Shown here one piece after another: positions 43,555-52,067 of a stretch of 64,000 nt of DNA (position 1 is its first letter; each line of letters starts with the position of its first letter). The position numbers and the translations under genes are program-made. The notes under the pieces are model-generated. The model did no database searches. It was not told where the DNA came from and worked only from the letters and a program-made list of their open reading frames with translations. Source of the DNA: Nitrososphaeria archaeon (GTDB lineage Archaea; Thermoproteota; Nitrososphaeria; JACIWG01); the NCBI GenBank assembly GCA_029776065.1, contig JARVJP010000009.1, forward strand, positions 50,911 through 114,910, in the 5' to 3' direction.

Positions 43555-44076
43555 ATGAGTCAAATTATCAATTACATAGGGCAGAATGTTAGTATAGGAA
43601 AGAATGTCAAAATTTGGCACTTTACCTATGTTGGAGATAATGCAATAATTGGAGACAACGTTATGATAGGGTCGCTCTGCCATATAGACTATAATGTAAA
43701 AATAGGAAACAACGTCAAAATAGAGGGCGGCACATACATTCCTCCACTAACAATTATAGGAAATAATGTGTTCATAGGACCGGCTACGACTTTTACTAAC
43801 GATCCTTATCCACCAAGTAAAAAGATGATCGGTGTCGTCGTGGAAGATGATGTGATAATATGTGCAAGATCTGTTATTAAAGCAGGTGTTAGACTTGGAA
43901 GAGGGTGTGTTGTCGCAATGGGCTCTGTTGTAACTAAAGATGTCCAACCAAATACAGTTGTTATAGGCACACCAGCTAAACCTGCCTACGATAGAACAAC
44001 GTATAACAAAAAGAAGATTTCGTGGGAGAGCTCAAGTTCTATTTTAGAACGCTCTTCTTCGCAACATAATCTCTGA
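43555..44076 (+). CDS. hexapeptide-repeat (LbH) acetyltransferase (WbpD-like)
   Basis: Has tandem [LIV]-G-x4 repeats throughout (IGKNVKI, IGDNAII, IGDNVMI, IGNNVKI, ...). Confidence 0.8.
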   Translation: MSQIINYIGQNVSIGKNVKIWHFTYVGDNAIIGDNVMIGSLCHIDYNVKIGNNVKIEGGTYIPPLTIIGNNVFIGPATTFTNDPYPPSKKMIGVVVEDDVIICARSVIKAGVRLGRGCVVAMGSVVTKDVQPNTVVIGTPAKPAYDRTTYNKKKISWESSSSILERSSSQHNL

Positions 44077-44284
44077 ATATGATCAAAGATCCAAGCCAAG
44101 TAGCAAACAGTATAAAGGATAAGAAGACTTTCATGATGCTATTTATTATATGACCCAACAAGTCATTTATGAAGGGTGGAAGTGGCACAATTAGAATTAA
44201 TATTAAATAAGACAACAACAATAAACTCGCCCATGAGTAGGTTACCAGTAAAATTAGATAGGTAAAGTTCTTCAATTTCATCAC
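44039..44284 (-). CDS. small membrane protein (81 aa)
   Basis: Three hydrophobic helices. The start overlaps the stop of the upstream GT4 gene by 4 nt. Confidence 0.4.
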   Translation of the reverse strand: MMKLKNFTYLILLVTYSWASLLLLSYLILILIVPLPPFINDLLGHIINSIMKVFLSFILFATWLGSLIIFRDYVAKKSVLK

Positions 44285-45261
44285 CTTATCAAAAAGGAAG
44301 TCAAAATCGCTAATGAAACACTATAAACAAATAGCAAAATTATTTTAGATGCAGCCTCCTTTTCTGACATTGGACCGTCAGCAATAATTAATCGGGCAAG
44401 AGTCATAGGCGCTTCTTTTTGCTTTGATGCAACCAATAAACCATTTTTATTTAACTGAACAGGCCTCTCCTTTATAGACCTGTGCTCAATAAACTTCTTT
44501 ATGCTTGCAAGTATATAAAACCCATTCAAGATGGCGGGAACGAAAGCGATAAGAGAAGGAATTTCAACTCTAGAGACTATTGCTGTGACTCCAAATAAAG
44601 AACCTAAGAGAAGACTACCAGAGTCCCCTGCAAAAATTCTTGAAGGATATCTATTGAACAGGTAGAAGGCAAATGAAGAAGACATCAACAAGAGAGGAAA
44701 GATGATATCTCCTTGTTTACCATATAAAAGTATGGGAACCAGTTGAGAAAAGGAGAGAACGAATGTTGTACCACTTATCGTTCCATTATATACGTCGATC
44801 ATGTTCACCGCATTAACTATGATAGGAATAGCCAAAAGGACGATCAGAGGATAAACGATAGTTAACCTAGTTGGGCCTAATATAGGAAACAATAAGTGTG
44901 GTTCATAAACTCCAAAAATAAGTATTGGTAGTGCGCCTAACACCGTCAACCCTGTTTTTATATTTCCACTCAAAATTTTGAAGTCATCAATAACTCCTAT
45001 TAAGAAGACAATAAAAACAGATAGTAGAACAGCGAAGTATTTAACCTCTGATGTGTAAAAGAAAAGGAAAATTAGAGGAAAGGCAATTCCAATGAAGATA
45101 GCAGGACCAGCCGGCTTTGGCACAAGCCTTTTATCCAATTTATGATAATCAACTACAACAAGATTCTTTTTTTTAAAGATTCTAATAGATAACATAATTA
45201 AAATTAAAGTTGTTATAAAACATACTCCAGAAAGAAGTATAGAAAGATACAGTAGCTCCAA
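44281..45261 (-). CDS. glycosyltransferase family 4, dolichyl-phosphate HexNAc-1-phosphate transferase (AglH/WecA-like)
   Basis: VIDDFK, NMIDVYNG and FAGDSGSL motifs of the MraY/WecA family. About 10 TM segments. Confidence 0.85.
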   Translation of the reverse strand: MELLYLSILLSGVCFITTLILIMLSIRIFKKKNLVVVDYHKLDKRLVPKPAGPAIFIGIAFPLIFLFFYTSEVKYFAVLLSVFIVFLIGVIDDFKILSGNIKTGLTVLGALPILIFGVYEPHLLFPILGPTRLTIVYPLIVLLAIPIIVNAVNMIDVYNGTISGTTFVLSFSQLVPILLYGKQGDIIFPLLLMSSSFAFYLFNRYPSRIFAGDSGSLLLGSLFGVTAIVSRVEIPSLIAFVPAILNGFYILASIKKFIEHRSIKERPVQLNKNGLLVASKQKEAPMTLARLIIADGPMSEKEAASKIILLFVYSVSLAILTSFLIR

Positions 45262-45319
45262 CTTTTTTCAAACTCTAGGTTTAAATTTTAAACTTATTAA
45301 AGATACGCTTAGAAAAATA

Positions 45320-46351
45320 ATGAACCATATAGAGTGGACAGGAAAAGAGCTTAGAATATTGGATCAAAGAGCACTCCCAGGGCAAATAAAGTTCGTCAAT
45401 TTAAGATCCATAGAAGACTGCTATCAAGCAATTTCATCAATGCAAATACGTGGAGCACCTCTAATAGGGGTTGTAGGAGCATTTGGCCTCGCCCTTCTTG
45501 CTTATAACGCCAAAGCAAAATCAAAAGAAGAGTTCTTAAAAAAAATAATGGAAGGGGTAGAATATATTTCGAACGCTAGACCCACAGCATATAACTTAAA
45601 ACATTGCGTCCAATTAGTCTTCAAAGCCTTACAGTCTAAAGAAAACGTTGATTTAATGAGATCTGAAGCGATTAAAAAGGCTATAGAAATTATGAACAAA
45701 GAAGAAGAGTTTAGCAGAAAAATCGGAGAGAATGGGGAGACACTTCTAGAAGATGGTGACACAATCCTTACACATTGTAATGCAGGAGAATTAGCCACCA
45801 TCAAATATGGGACGGCACTCGCTCCAATAAGAATAGCGATTGAGAGAGGTAAATGCATTTATGTGGTAGCAACAGAAACGAGGCCTGCACAACAAGGAGC
45901 AAGACTAACTGCTTGGGAACTAAAACAATACGGTGTTCCTACCACTGTAGTGACCGACACAGCGGTTGGATATTTAATGAGAAGAAGGCTCATCGACAAA
46001 GTCATTGTGGGAGCGGATAGGATTACACTGGATGGTTACGTCTTTAACAAAATAGGAACTTATCAAGTTGCAGTTTTAGCTAAGGAACATAACATAAAGT
46101 TCTATGTTGCTGCACCAACTTCAACATTTGATCCCCATTTAACTCATGACGCTGTTGTAATAGAGGAAAGGAAGGCGGAGGAAATTACAATGATTGGCAG
46201 AAAGAGAATAGTTCCGAAAGGTGTACGCGTATATAATCCAGTCTTTGATATAACACCACCAACATTAATTAGCGCAATAATATCTGAAAAGGGAATACTA
46301 AACCTGCCATTCGATAAAAACATAAGTAGGATACTTGATAATGGGAACTAA
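45320..46351 (+). CDS. mtnA: S-methyl-5-thioribose-1-phosphate isomerase (eIF-2B alpha/beta/delta family)
   Basis: LRILDQRALPGQ, MQIRGAPLIGVVGAFGLAL, THCNAG and ETRPAQQGARLTAWEL blocks. Confidence 0.8.
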   Translation: MNHIEWTGKELRILDQRALPGQIKFVNLRSIEDCYQAISSMQIRGAPLIGVVGAFGLALLAYNAKAKSKEEFLKKIMEGVEYISNARPTAYNLKHCVQLVFKALQSKENVDLMRSEAIKKAIEIMNKEEEFSRKIGENGETLLEDGDTILTHCNAGELATIKYGTALAPIRIAIERGKCIYVVATETRPAQQGARLTAWELKQYGVPTTVVTDTAVGYLMRRRLIDKVIVGADRITLDGYVFNKIGTYQVAVLAKEHNIKFYVAAPTSTFDPHLTHDAVVIEERKAEEITMIGRKRIVPKGVRVYNPVFDITPPTLISAIISEKGILNLPFDKNISRILDNGN

Positions 46352-46370
46352 ATAAGACTATGTGAAGGTT

Positions 46371-46445
46371 GGGCTCGTGGCCCAGTACGGATAAGGCATT
46401 GGCCTTCGGAGCCAAGGATCGTGGGTTCAAATCCCACCGGGCCCA
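46371..46445 (+). tRNA. tRNA-Arg(UCG)
   Basis: I folded this cloverleaf by hand. Acceptor GGGCUCG/CGGGCCC with A73; anticodon arm UUGGC-CUUCGGA-GCCAA (anticodon at 46406..46408); T-arm GUGGG-UUCAAAU-CCCAC. Confidence 0.9.
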
Positions 46446-46672
46446 CTTGAATCAAAAAAATGCATAGCAGGGTAGATTAAATATTCACCCTCTTTTATCT
46501 TCTTCTTGAACCCCAAGTTCACCCTTACGCCTTTAACAGTCAGAAACTCGGCGACTATAACCTTAATCACCGTTATCTTATTTACCAAGCAATTAATGAA
46601 CTAATTTAAAGTGCAGACGCAAAATAAAATGGATAGGAACGCCAGATTTAATACTTCTATGTACAGATGGTT

Positions 46673-47551
46673 TTAAAAGGAACCTTCTTCCTTTAGTAGT
46701 GAACCCCATATCTTGAAACCACCCACTGTTTCTGGACGTTCAACAGGATTATACCACCTTTTCTTGGTTCCGACCTTAGCCCTAATCTTCCACCCTAAGG
46801 GTTTAGGCTCCTTATCTATTCTTTCCAAGAGAGCGTCGATCTTCCTTATTATTTCGTTTCTATCCTCTTTTTCGATCTGTTCAGGTTTTATTTGAATTTC
46901 TGGGCCTAGCTCATCTATTTCAGACATAAACTTCTTCAATTTCTTTAGGTTCGTGGTAAAAGTGTACCAAAATCCCCAGTCCTGGGCCAACTGTCCCGCT
47001 ATATATGAAGAATCTATAGTTTCCTTTTCATTGCCTTCTTTGACCTCATGAGCTTTCAATAGAAGTATACAGTCCTTTAGGTCCTTTACACCGAAAGCCT
47101 CCCATATTTGTAACTTCTCCATCAGCATATCTGTTACTGAGATCGTTGGATAATCAAGTCTCCCTTTAAAGTTGATAGGATGGTTCGCTACAAGCAACTT
47201 GTCAAAAAATACATCCACATAGAACCACCCCTTCGGATGAAAATATATCTGTCTTTCGGACGCTGCTGTGGAAAGAGTTGCCTTCCTTTTTGCATAACCC
47301 ATCCTATTGAAAAGTTCAATAACTTTGTCTCTGAAGTTACGGTAGGAAACATAGTCTATGTCGCTGTATTCTTGACCTTCAATAACACCTGTCCCAATTC
47401 TGCCCAACGTTCTCGCGAAATTTTTATAGCCTTGACAGTGTATTGCTACACCCAGTCCACCTAAGATTCTTAGGATTATGTTCTCTTCCCTAGCTTTCTT
47501 GACAGTTTCTTGGGCTTCATGGATAAAAACTTCTGATGGAACTATATCCAT
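46673..47551 (-). CDS. hypothetical protein with a nucleotidyltransferase-fold-like N-terminus
   Basis: ILRILGGLGVAIHC ... YSDIDYVS resembles the GG..(x)n..DxD minimal NTase motif. The rest is helical. Confidence 0.4.
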   Translation of the reverse strand: MDIVPSEVFIHEAQETVKKAREENIILRILGGLGVAIHCQGYKNFARTLGRIGTGVIEGQEYSDIDYVSYRNFRDKVIELFNRMGYAKRKATLSTAASERQIYFHPKGWFYVDVFFDKLLVANHPINFKGRLDYPTISVTDMLMEKLQIWEAFGVKDLKDCILLLKAHEVKEGNEKETIDSSYIAGQLAQDWGFWYTFTTNLKKLKKFMSEIDELGPEIQIKPEQIEKEDRNEIIRKIDALLERIDKEPKPLGWKIRAKVGTKKRWYNPVERPETVGGFKIWGSLLKEEGSF

Positions 47552-47999
47552 TCATTTGGTAGATCTCGGCGGACTTCCTTATCCAAAAGCCAAGCCATTT
47601 CTATCCATCAACTCTTTATCATTTGAGCTTAATTATTTGGTTACCTTTAAGTTTTATCGAACAACAGGAGCCTTGAAGCATATACCTTTTATCCACTGGC
47701 CTATAGGTATCCACATCTCAACAATTTATGATATAGATTAGCGTCCCACAAGTGTTCTTAGGCTTTTATAGTAGATCATCAGATTTAGACCAGAATTGGC
47801 TAAGATTCATAATTTAGACGTAGAATTTTCCACTTTACGCAACAGGTTATTTGATGGCAATCATGGTTCCATGCGAATTATAATGTTTCTAATCTAATCT
47901 TATCTTAAATGTATTCAATTCACTATTTATCGAATATACCAGTATTTAATAAAAATTGTGGTGCTAGAATGACTTAAATTTTTTATTATAGATGGAAAA

Positions 48000-48075
48000 T
48001 GGGGTCGGTGGGATTTGAACCCACGTCCGCGTGGGCCCAAGCCACGCAGCGTAGACCAGACTGGCCCACGACCCC
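48000..48075 (-). tRNA. tRNA-Pro(UGG)
   Basis: I folded this cloverleaf by hand. Acceptor GGGGUCG/CGACCCC with A73; anticodon arm CGUGG-CUUGGGC-CCACG (anticodon at 48037..48039); T-arm GUGGG-UUCAAAU-CCCAC. Confidence 0.88.
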
Positions 48076-48171
48076 TTTGGTCAGACTTACAAATTACTGA
48101 GTATATAATTTTTGATTTACTCTTAAACATTTTTTAGTTGTCATACCGTATCTTTAGAGTGGTAGGGGAAA

Positions 48172-50250
48172 ATGTCAGACGACTTCTTTAACTTAGAGAG
48201 TGTTTATTCGGCACTTGGTTCTAATGAACGCTTGACGATTTTAAGGGAGTTAAGTAAAAGTGGCTCACTTTCTTATACCGAACTTAAGAACAATTGTGGA
48301 TTTATTAAGAAAAGGGAATCTGGAAGGTTTGCTTACCATTTAAGACTTCTTTCCTCTGTAAATTTAATTTTGTTAAATAAGAATACAAGGAAGTACTCTT
48401 TAACACCCTTTGGAAGGAACGTTTTAACTGTCACTAACGAGTTAAAGGACGCAGCACTTCAGTCTTCTGGAAAAATTTATGTCAGAACTTCTAGGCACAA
48501 AATTGAGGAGTTTGACAGTAATAAGATATATCAATCCCTAATAAGAGAAGCAAATGTTCCTAGAGATTTGGCGTCAAAGATCACAGCTGAAGCCGAATCA
48601 AGAATAAGTAAGTTGGAGAACGTTCATTTGACGGCACCACTTCTTCGTGAATTAGTAAATTCGATTTTAGTCGAAAAAGGATTAGATGAATATAGGAACA
48701 AGCTTACTAGATTAGGGTTACCAGTAAAGGATGTTACAGATAAAATTTACCAAATAGGACATTCTGAAGGCGACGTGTTATCATTAAGACTTTCAGCTGC
48801 AGATGCTGTGTTTACAGATTATCTCTTACTTACACAAATCGGCTCAGAATCCTTAGATATGCATCTTTCAGGGGACATTAGCATTGTCAATACAGGATGT
48901 TGGGGGATAATGCCAGATAGCATTTTCTTTGACGCGCTCTCAGTTTCTTCTTTTGACATGAAGTTTGGGATAAAAAGCCCTTCAATACCAAGAATAAGGG
49001 CTGGGAAGGATTTTGATACTACTCTAGCTAACATGGGTTTGATAATTAAAAGGATGTTGGATGAAGTTTCTGATGAAATTACAATAGAAAATTTTGTCGA
49101 ACTTGTTACTTTAACCAAGAATGGTAAAGATTGTAAAGAGATAGTTGACAAATTATTCTATAACTTGTTCCTCGATTGCGTATCAAAAATTGATCCTCTC
49201 TCAAAGAAAGTTTTGAGTTTTCAAATAAACTTGAAGAATGACACTGAATTAGAGACCTTGGAGGAAGTACTTGGGGCTTATCTTTTGTATCTTAAAACTA
49301 GTTTAAGGCCTAAAATAAAACTTGTAGTCAATATTTTTGATAAGTCGAAGTTTAAAGAACAAATAAAACTTTTTTTGGAGTCCATAACCTCCGGTGGAAA
49401 TTTGATGATAGTCACAAAACCGGAAAGATCGATTTCCTACCAAGGAATAAAAAAAGGATTTAGCAAAGACGACATTCTACCAGTTGGGACGATAAATTTA
49501 CATTCTTTAGCAATAAACCTCCCACGCTTGTCTTATAGTGGTGCAGAGGAATCATATCTTAAGAGTTTACTGAAAATTAGATTACAAAAAGCTTCTGGGA
49601 CTATGAAGACAAGAAAAGACATCTTAATAAGCTTGATAGAGAGAAAATTACTCTACTTTTATGAATACAATAGTGATTTGTTTTCAAAAAAAGGTATAGA
49701 CATCGTTTTAAATATGGTAGGACTCGACGACCTAGCTAGATACTTAGTTCCCCAAGACTTAGAAGAACAGAATAAGATGTGGCTCAAAATGATGGAGTTT
49801 TCCCAAAAAATATTGGAAGAGGAGGGGGAGAGAATGGAATTGAAGATCGCTCCCTCTATCTATACAGATACCTCTGCAGAAAGATTCTACGAACTTGATA
49901 AAGAACTTTTTCCCAAAACCCCGCAAGGAAAAGCCATCATAACAGCAGGGAGATACACACAAATTCCGGTTTTAGACGCTAAGTCGATCAAAGATGAAAG
50001 TGTCATCAGAATGATACAAACTAGAATGGATATAACAAAGGGAGGATATCACACAGTTTTGGATTTATCAACAATGGATGATATAAATCAAATTCAGGAT
50101 ATTATTGAGCAAGCCATTCCAAAACTTGGTGCTTTTAAAATACGAAGAGACCTTATATCTTGTGGGACATGTAACTCTAAAAGCCCACCAGCACCCCGAT
50201 GTCCTAAATGTGGTTCCGCAGAAATATTAAGTCTACAAACAGATAACTAA
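48172..50250 (+). CDS. wHTH (ArsR-like) + ATP-cone + class III ribonucleotide reductase (NrdD)-like domain protein lacking the radical residues
   Basis: The N-terminus LTILRELSKSGSLSYTELKN is a wHTH. The ATP-cone is IYVRTSRHKIEEFDSNKIYQSLIREANVP.... NrdD-like blocks are MHLSGDISI and GTINLHSLAINLPRLSY. The C-terminal zinc ribbon is CGTC-x11-CPKCG, and the protein stops 11 aa after it. Confidence 0.65.
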   Translation: MSDDFFNLESVYSALGSNERLTILRELSKSGSLSYTELKNNCGFIKKRESGRFAYHLRLLSSVNLILLNKNTRKYSLTPFGRNVLTVTNELKDAALQSSGKIYVRTSRHKIEEFDSNKIYQSLIREANVPRDLASKITAEAESRISKLENVHLTAPLLRELVNSILVEKGLDEYRNKLTRLGLPVKDVTDKIYQIGHSEGDVLSLRLSAADAVFTDYLLLTQIGSESLDMHLSGDISIVNTGCWGIMPDSIFFDALSVSSFDMKFGIKSPSIPRIRAGKDFDTTLANMGLIIKRMLDEVSDEITIENFVELVTLTKNGKDCKEIVDKLFYNLFLDCVSKIDPLSKKVLSFQINLKNDTELETLEEVLGAYLLYLKTSLRPKIKLVVNIFDKSKFKEQIKLFLESITSGGNLMIVTKPERSISYQGIKKGFSKDDILPVGTINLHSLAINLPRLSYSGAEESYLKSLLKIRLQKASGTMKTRKDILISLIERKLLYFYEYNSDLFSKKGIDIVLNMVGLDDLARYLVPQDLEEQNKMWLKMMEFSQKILEEEGERMELKIAPSIYTDTSAERFYELDKELFPKTPQGKAIITAGRYTQIPVLDAKSIKDESVIRMIQTRMDITKGGYHTVLDLSTMDDINQIQDIIEQAIPKLGAFKIRRDLISCGTCNSKSPPAPRCPKCGSAEILSLQTDN

Positions 50251-50257
50251 ATAGAGT

Positions 50258-50563
50258 TTATTCGCTTGGGAGAACCTCTATTTTTCCAAAGCGACCAACG
50301 TTTAAACGTATTTCCCCCCTAAAGCTGTTAACGTAACCATTTTCTATTCGGACAATGTCATTAACTTCAACCTTATCAATTTGTTCATCCCAAAGCGTCA
50401 ACTTTATCTTTCCAGTTTCGTCTTCAAGTGTCAAATCAGCTACGCGAGCCTTCTGACCTGTCTTTAATGTGACTTCTCTAGGCTCAGATTTTTCTACTAT
50501 TCTCCCACTAACTTCAACCCTTCTCATGTTATCTCTCAATTGTGAGATGTTCAAATCATCCAC
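50258..50563 (-). CDS. single OB-fold nucleic-acid-binding protein (RPA/SSB-like)
   Basis: 101 aa. VSGRIVEKSEPREV..KARVADLTLEDETGKIKLTLWDEQ is a typical OB-fold pattern. Confidence 0.6.
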   Translation of the reverse strand: MDDLNISQLRDNMRRVEVSGRIVEKSEPREVTLKTGQKARVADLTLEDETGKIKLTLWDEQIDKVEVNDIVRIENGYVNSFRGEIRLNVGRFGKIEVLPSE

Positions 50564-50661
50564 ATCTAATCTTGTTTACCACCATTTAAAAGCTTTAAGA
50601 TAACTAAAAGGTTAATATGATACAAAAAAATTAATTTAGAATTTAGAGGAAAGGAGCAATT

Positions 50662-51198
50662 ATGGCGCAAGAAGAGAAATTAGTTGCTGAATTGAAGGGC
50701 AAAAACATTATCGTAAAGAATTTTGAGGCAGCTCAACAGCTATATAAAAGTGGGTTTGGTGAAAAGGAAGGGCAAAAATTAGTTTTTACCCCTTGTGAGG
50801 GATTATACTTATGCGACGCCGGTAAAATTAAGATTCATGAGAAAGGGTATGAGATAACCTTTGACAAATTAATGGATAAAATATACAAAAATGACAAAAG
50901 TATATTGACCAGGTTCTTGGTTTATAGAGACTTGAGGACAAGAGGATTCGTAGTTAAGGAAGGCTTTGGTTTCGGTATCGACTTCAGGGTTTATGATAGA
51001 GGAGATTATAATAAAAAGGCATCCAAATATGTTATTTCTGCGTTGAACGAAGGAAACGATTACGCTTTTAGCAAAATCTTCCAAGATATAAGAGATATAA
51101 GAAAGATGGGGAAAGAATCTATAATTGCAGTAGTGGATAGAAGGGGGGAAATAATATATTACCAACTATCGGAGGAAACGTTTAATGCGAAAAGATAA
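50662..51198 (+). CDS. endA: tRNA-splicing endonuclease subunit (EndA family), catalytic His not conserved
   Basis: FLVYRDLRTRGFVVKEGFGFGIDFRVYDRG and SIIAVVDRRGEIIYYQL match the EndA C-terminal domain. Tyr (RVY) and Lys (GKES) are present, but the His position reads Ala (KKASKYVI). Confidence 0.85.
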   Translation: MAQEEKLVAELKGKNIIVKNFEAAQQLYKSGFGEKEGQKLVFTPCEGLYLCDAGKIKIHEKGYEITFDKLMDKIYKNDKSILTRFLVYRDLRTRGFVVKEGFGFGIDFRVYDRGDYNKKASKYVISALNEGNDYAFSKIFQDIRDIRKMGKESIIAVVDRRGEIIYYQLSEETFNAKR

Positions 51199-52066
51199 AG
51201 TGATGGCGTACATATCAATAATTAGACCTGCAAACAGTTTAATGGTTGGAACTGCGGTGATAATTGGAGTGATGCTTACTTCCTTGCAAATGGTTTTGTC
51301 GTGGAAAACGTTGTACGGCTTTCTAACTGGATTCTTCGTTTCAGCCTTTTCTATGGTAGTAAATGACATTTACGATGTTGAAGTTGATAAGAAGAACAAA
51401 CTTACCAGACCCTTAGTGGTAGGTATAATGAGAATTAAAGAAGCATGGATATACGCTTTTATATTACTTATAATCGGATTGGTTTTATCTTTTGCGACCA
51501 ATATCGAGGCATTTATGGTTGCAACACTCTTTGGATTTATTTCATGGTGGTATAACTTTACTTTAAAAAGACATGGGATAATTGGAAACATGACAGTCGC
51601 TCTTTCCACCTCTATACCCTACATTTATGGTAGCATGATATCTACAACTAAACTATCTTTAGCTAACATATTCCAAGAGGCTCCACTGGTACCTTGGTTT
51701 GTAGGCATATCTTTCTTAGCAGTTACAGGAAGAGAAGTAATAAAGACAATTTCAGATATAGAGGGGGACCAGATAAGGGAAGTTAGATCCATTGCTCTTT
51801 GGATAGGGAAAAGGAACGCAGCAAAGGTTGGGGTAACATTTTTTGTTTTGGCAATCTTATTTACATTTGGGCCTTATATTCTAGGCCAAGCAGGTATAGC
51901 TTACATGATAATGATACTGGTACCAGACGTTGTATTTATTTATATTTCCTATTTAATTTTAATAGACCAATCAGTTAAAAGTGTTCTTTATGTAAAAAAA
52001 CTAGCTTTATTTGGTATGTTATTGGGATTTGTTGCCTTCGTAGTCGGGAGGGTGTTGATGACATAG
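51185..52066 (+). CDS. UbiA-family prenyltransferase, probable digeranylgeranylglyceryl phosphate synthase
   Basis: NDIYDVEVDKKNK (NDxxDxxxD) and a second Asp-rich region (DIEGD). About 8 TM segments and an archaeal DGGGPS-like size. An alternative ATG lies at 51203. Confidence 0.7.
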   Translation: MRKDKVMAYISIIRPANSLMVGTAVIIGVMLTSLQMVLSWKTLYGFLTGFFVSAFSMVVNDIYDVEVDKKNKLTRPLVVGIMRIKEAWIYAFILLIIGLVLSFATNIEAFMVATLFGFISWWYNFTLKRHGIIGNMTVALSTSIPYIYGSMISTTKLSLANIFQEAPLVPWFVGISFLAVTGREVIKTISDIEGDQIREVRSIALWIGKRNAAKVGVTFFVLAILFTFGPYILGQAGIAYMIMILVPDVVFIYISYLILIDQSVKSVLYVKKLALFGMLLGFVAFVVGRVLMT

Positions 52067-52067
52067 T

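Noticed and set aside
47552-47999. C/D-box sRNA or other ncRNA in the long spacer next to tRNA-Pro. The spacers 4819..5143, 8327..8602 and 38732..38874 were also checked
   Set aside because: Isolated UGAUGA-like or CUGA strings occur, but never in the C-D'-C'-D arrangement and spacing, and there are no terminal stems.
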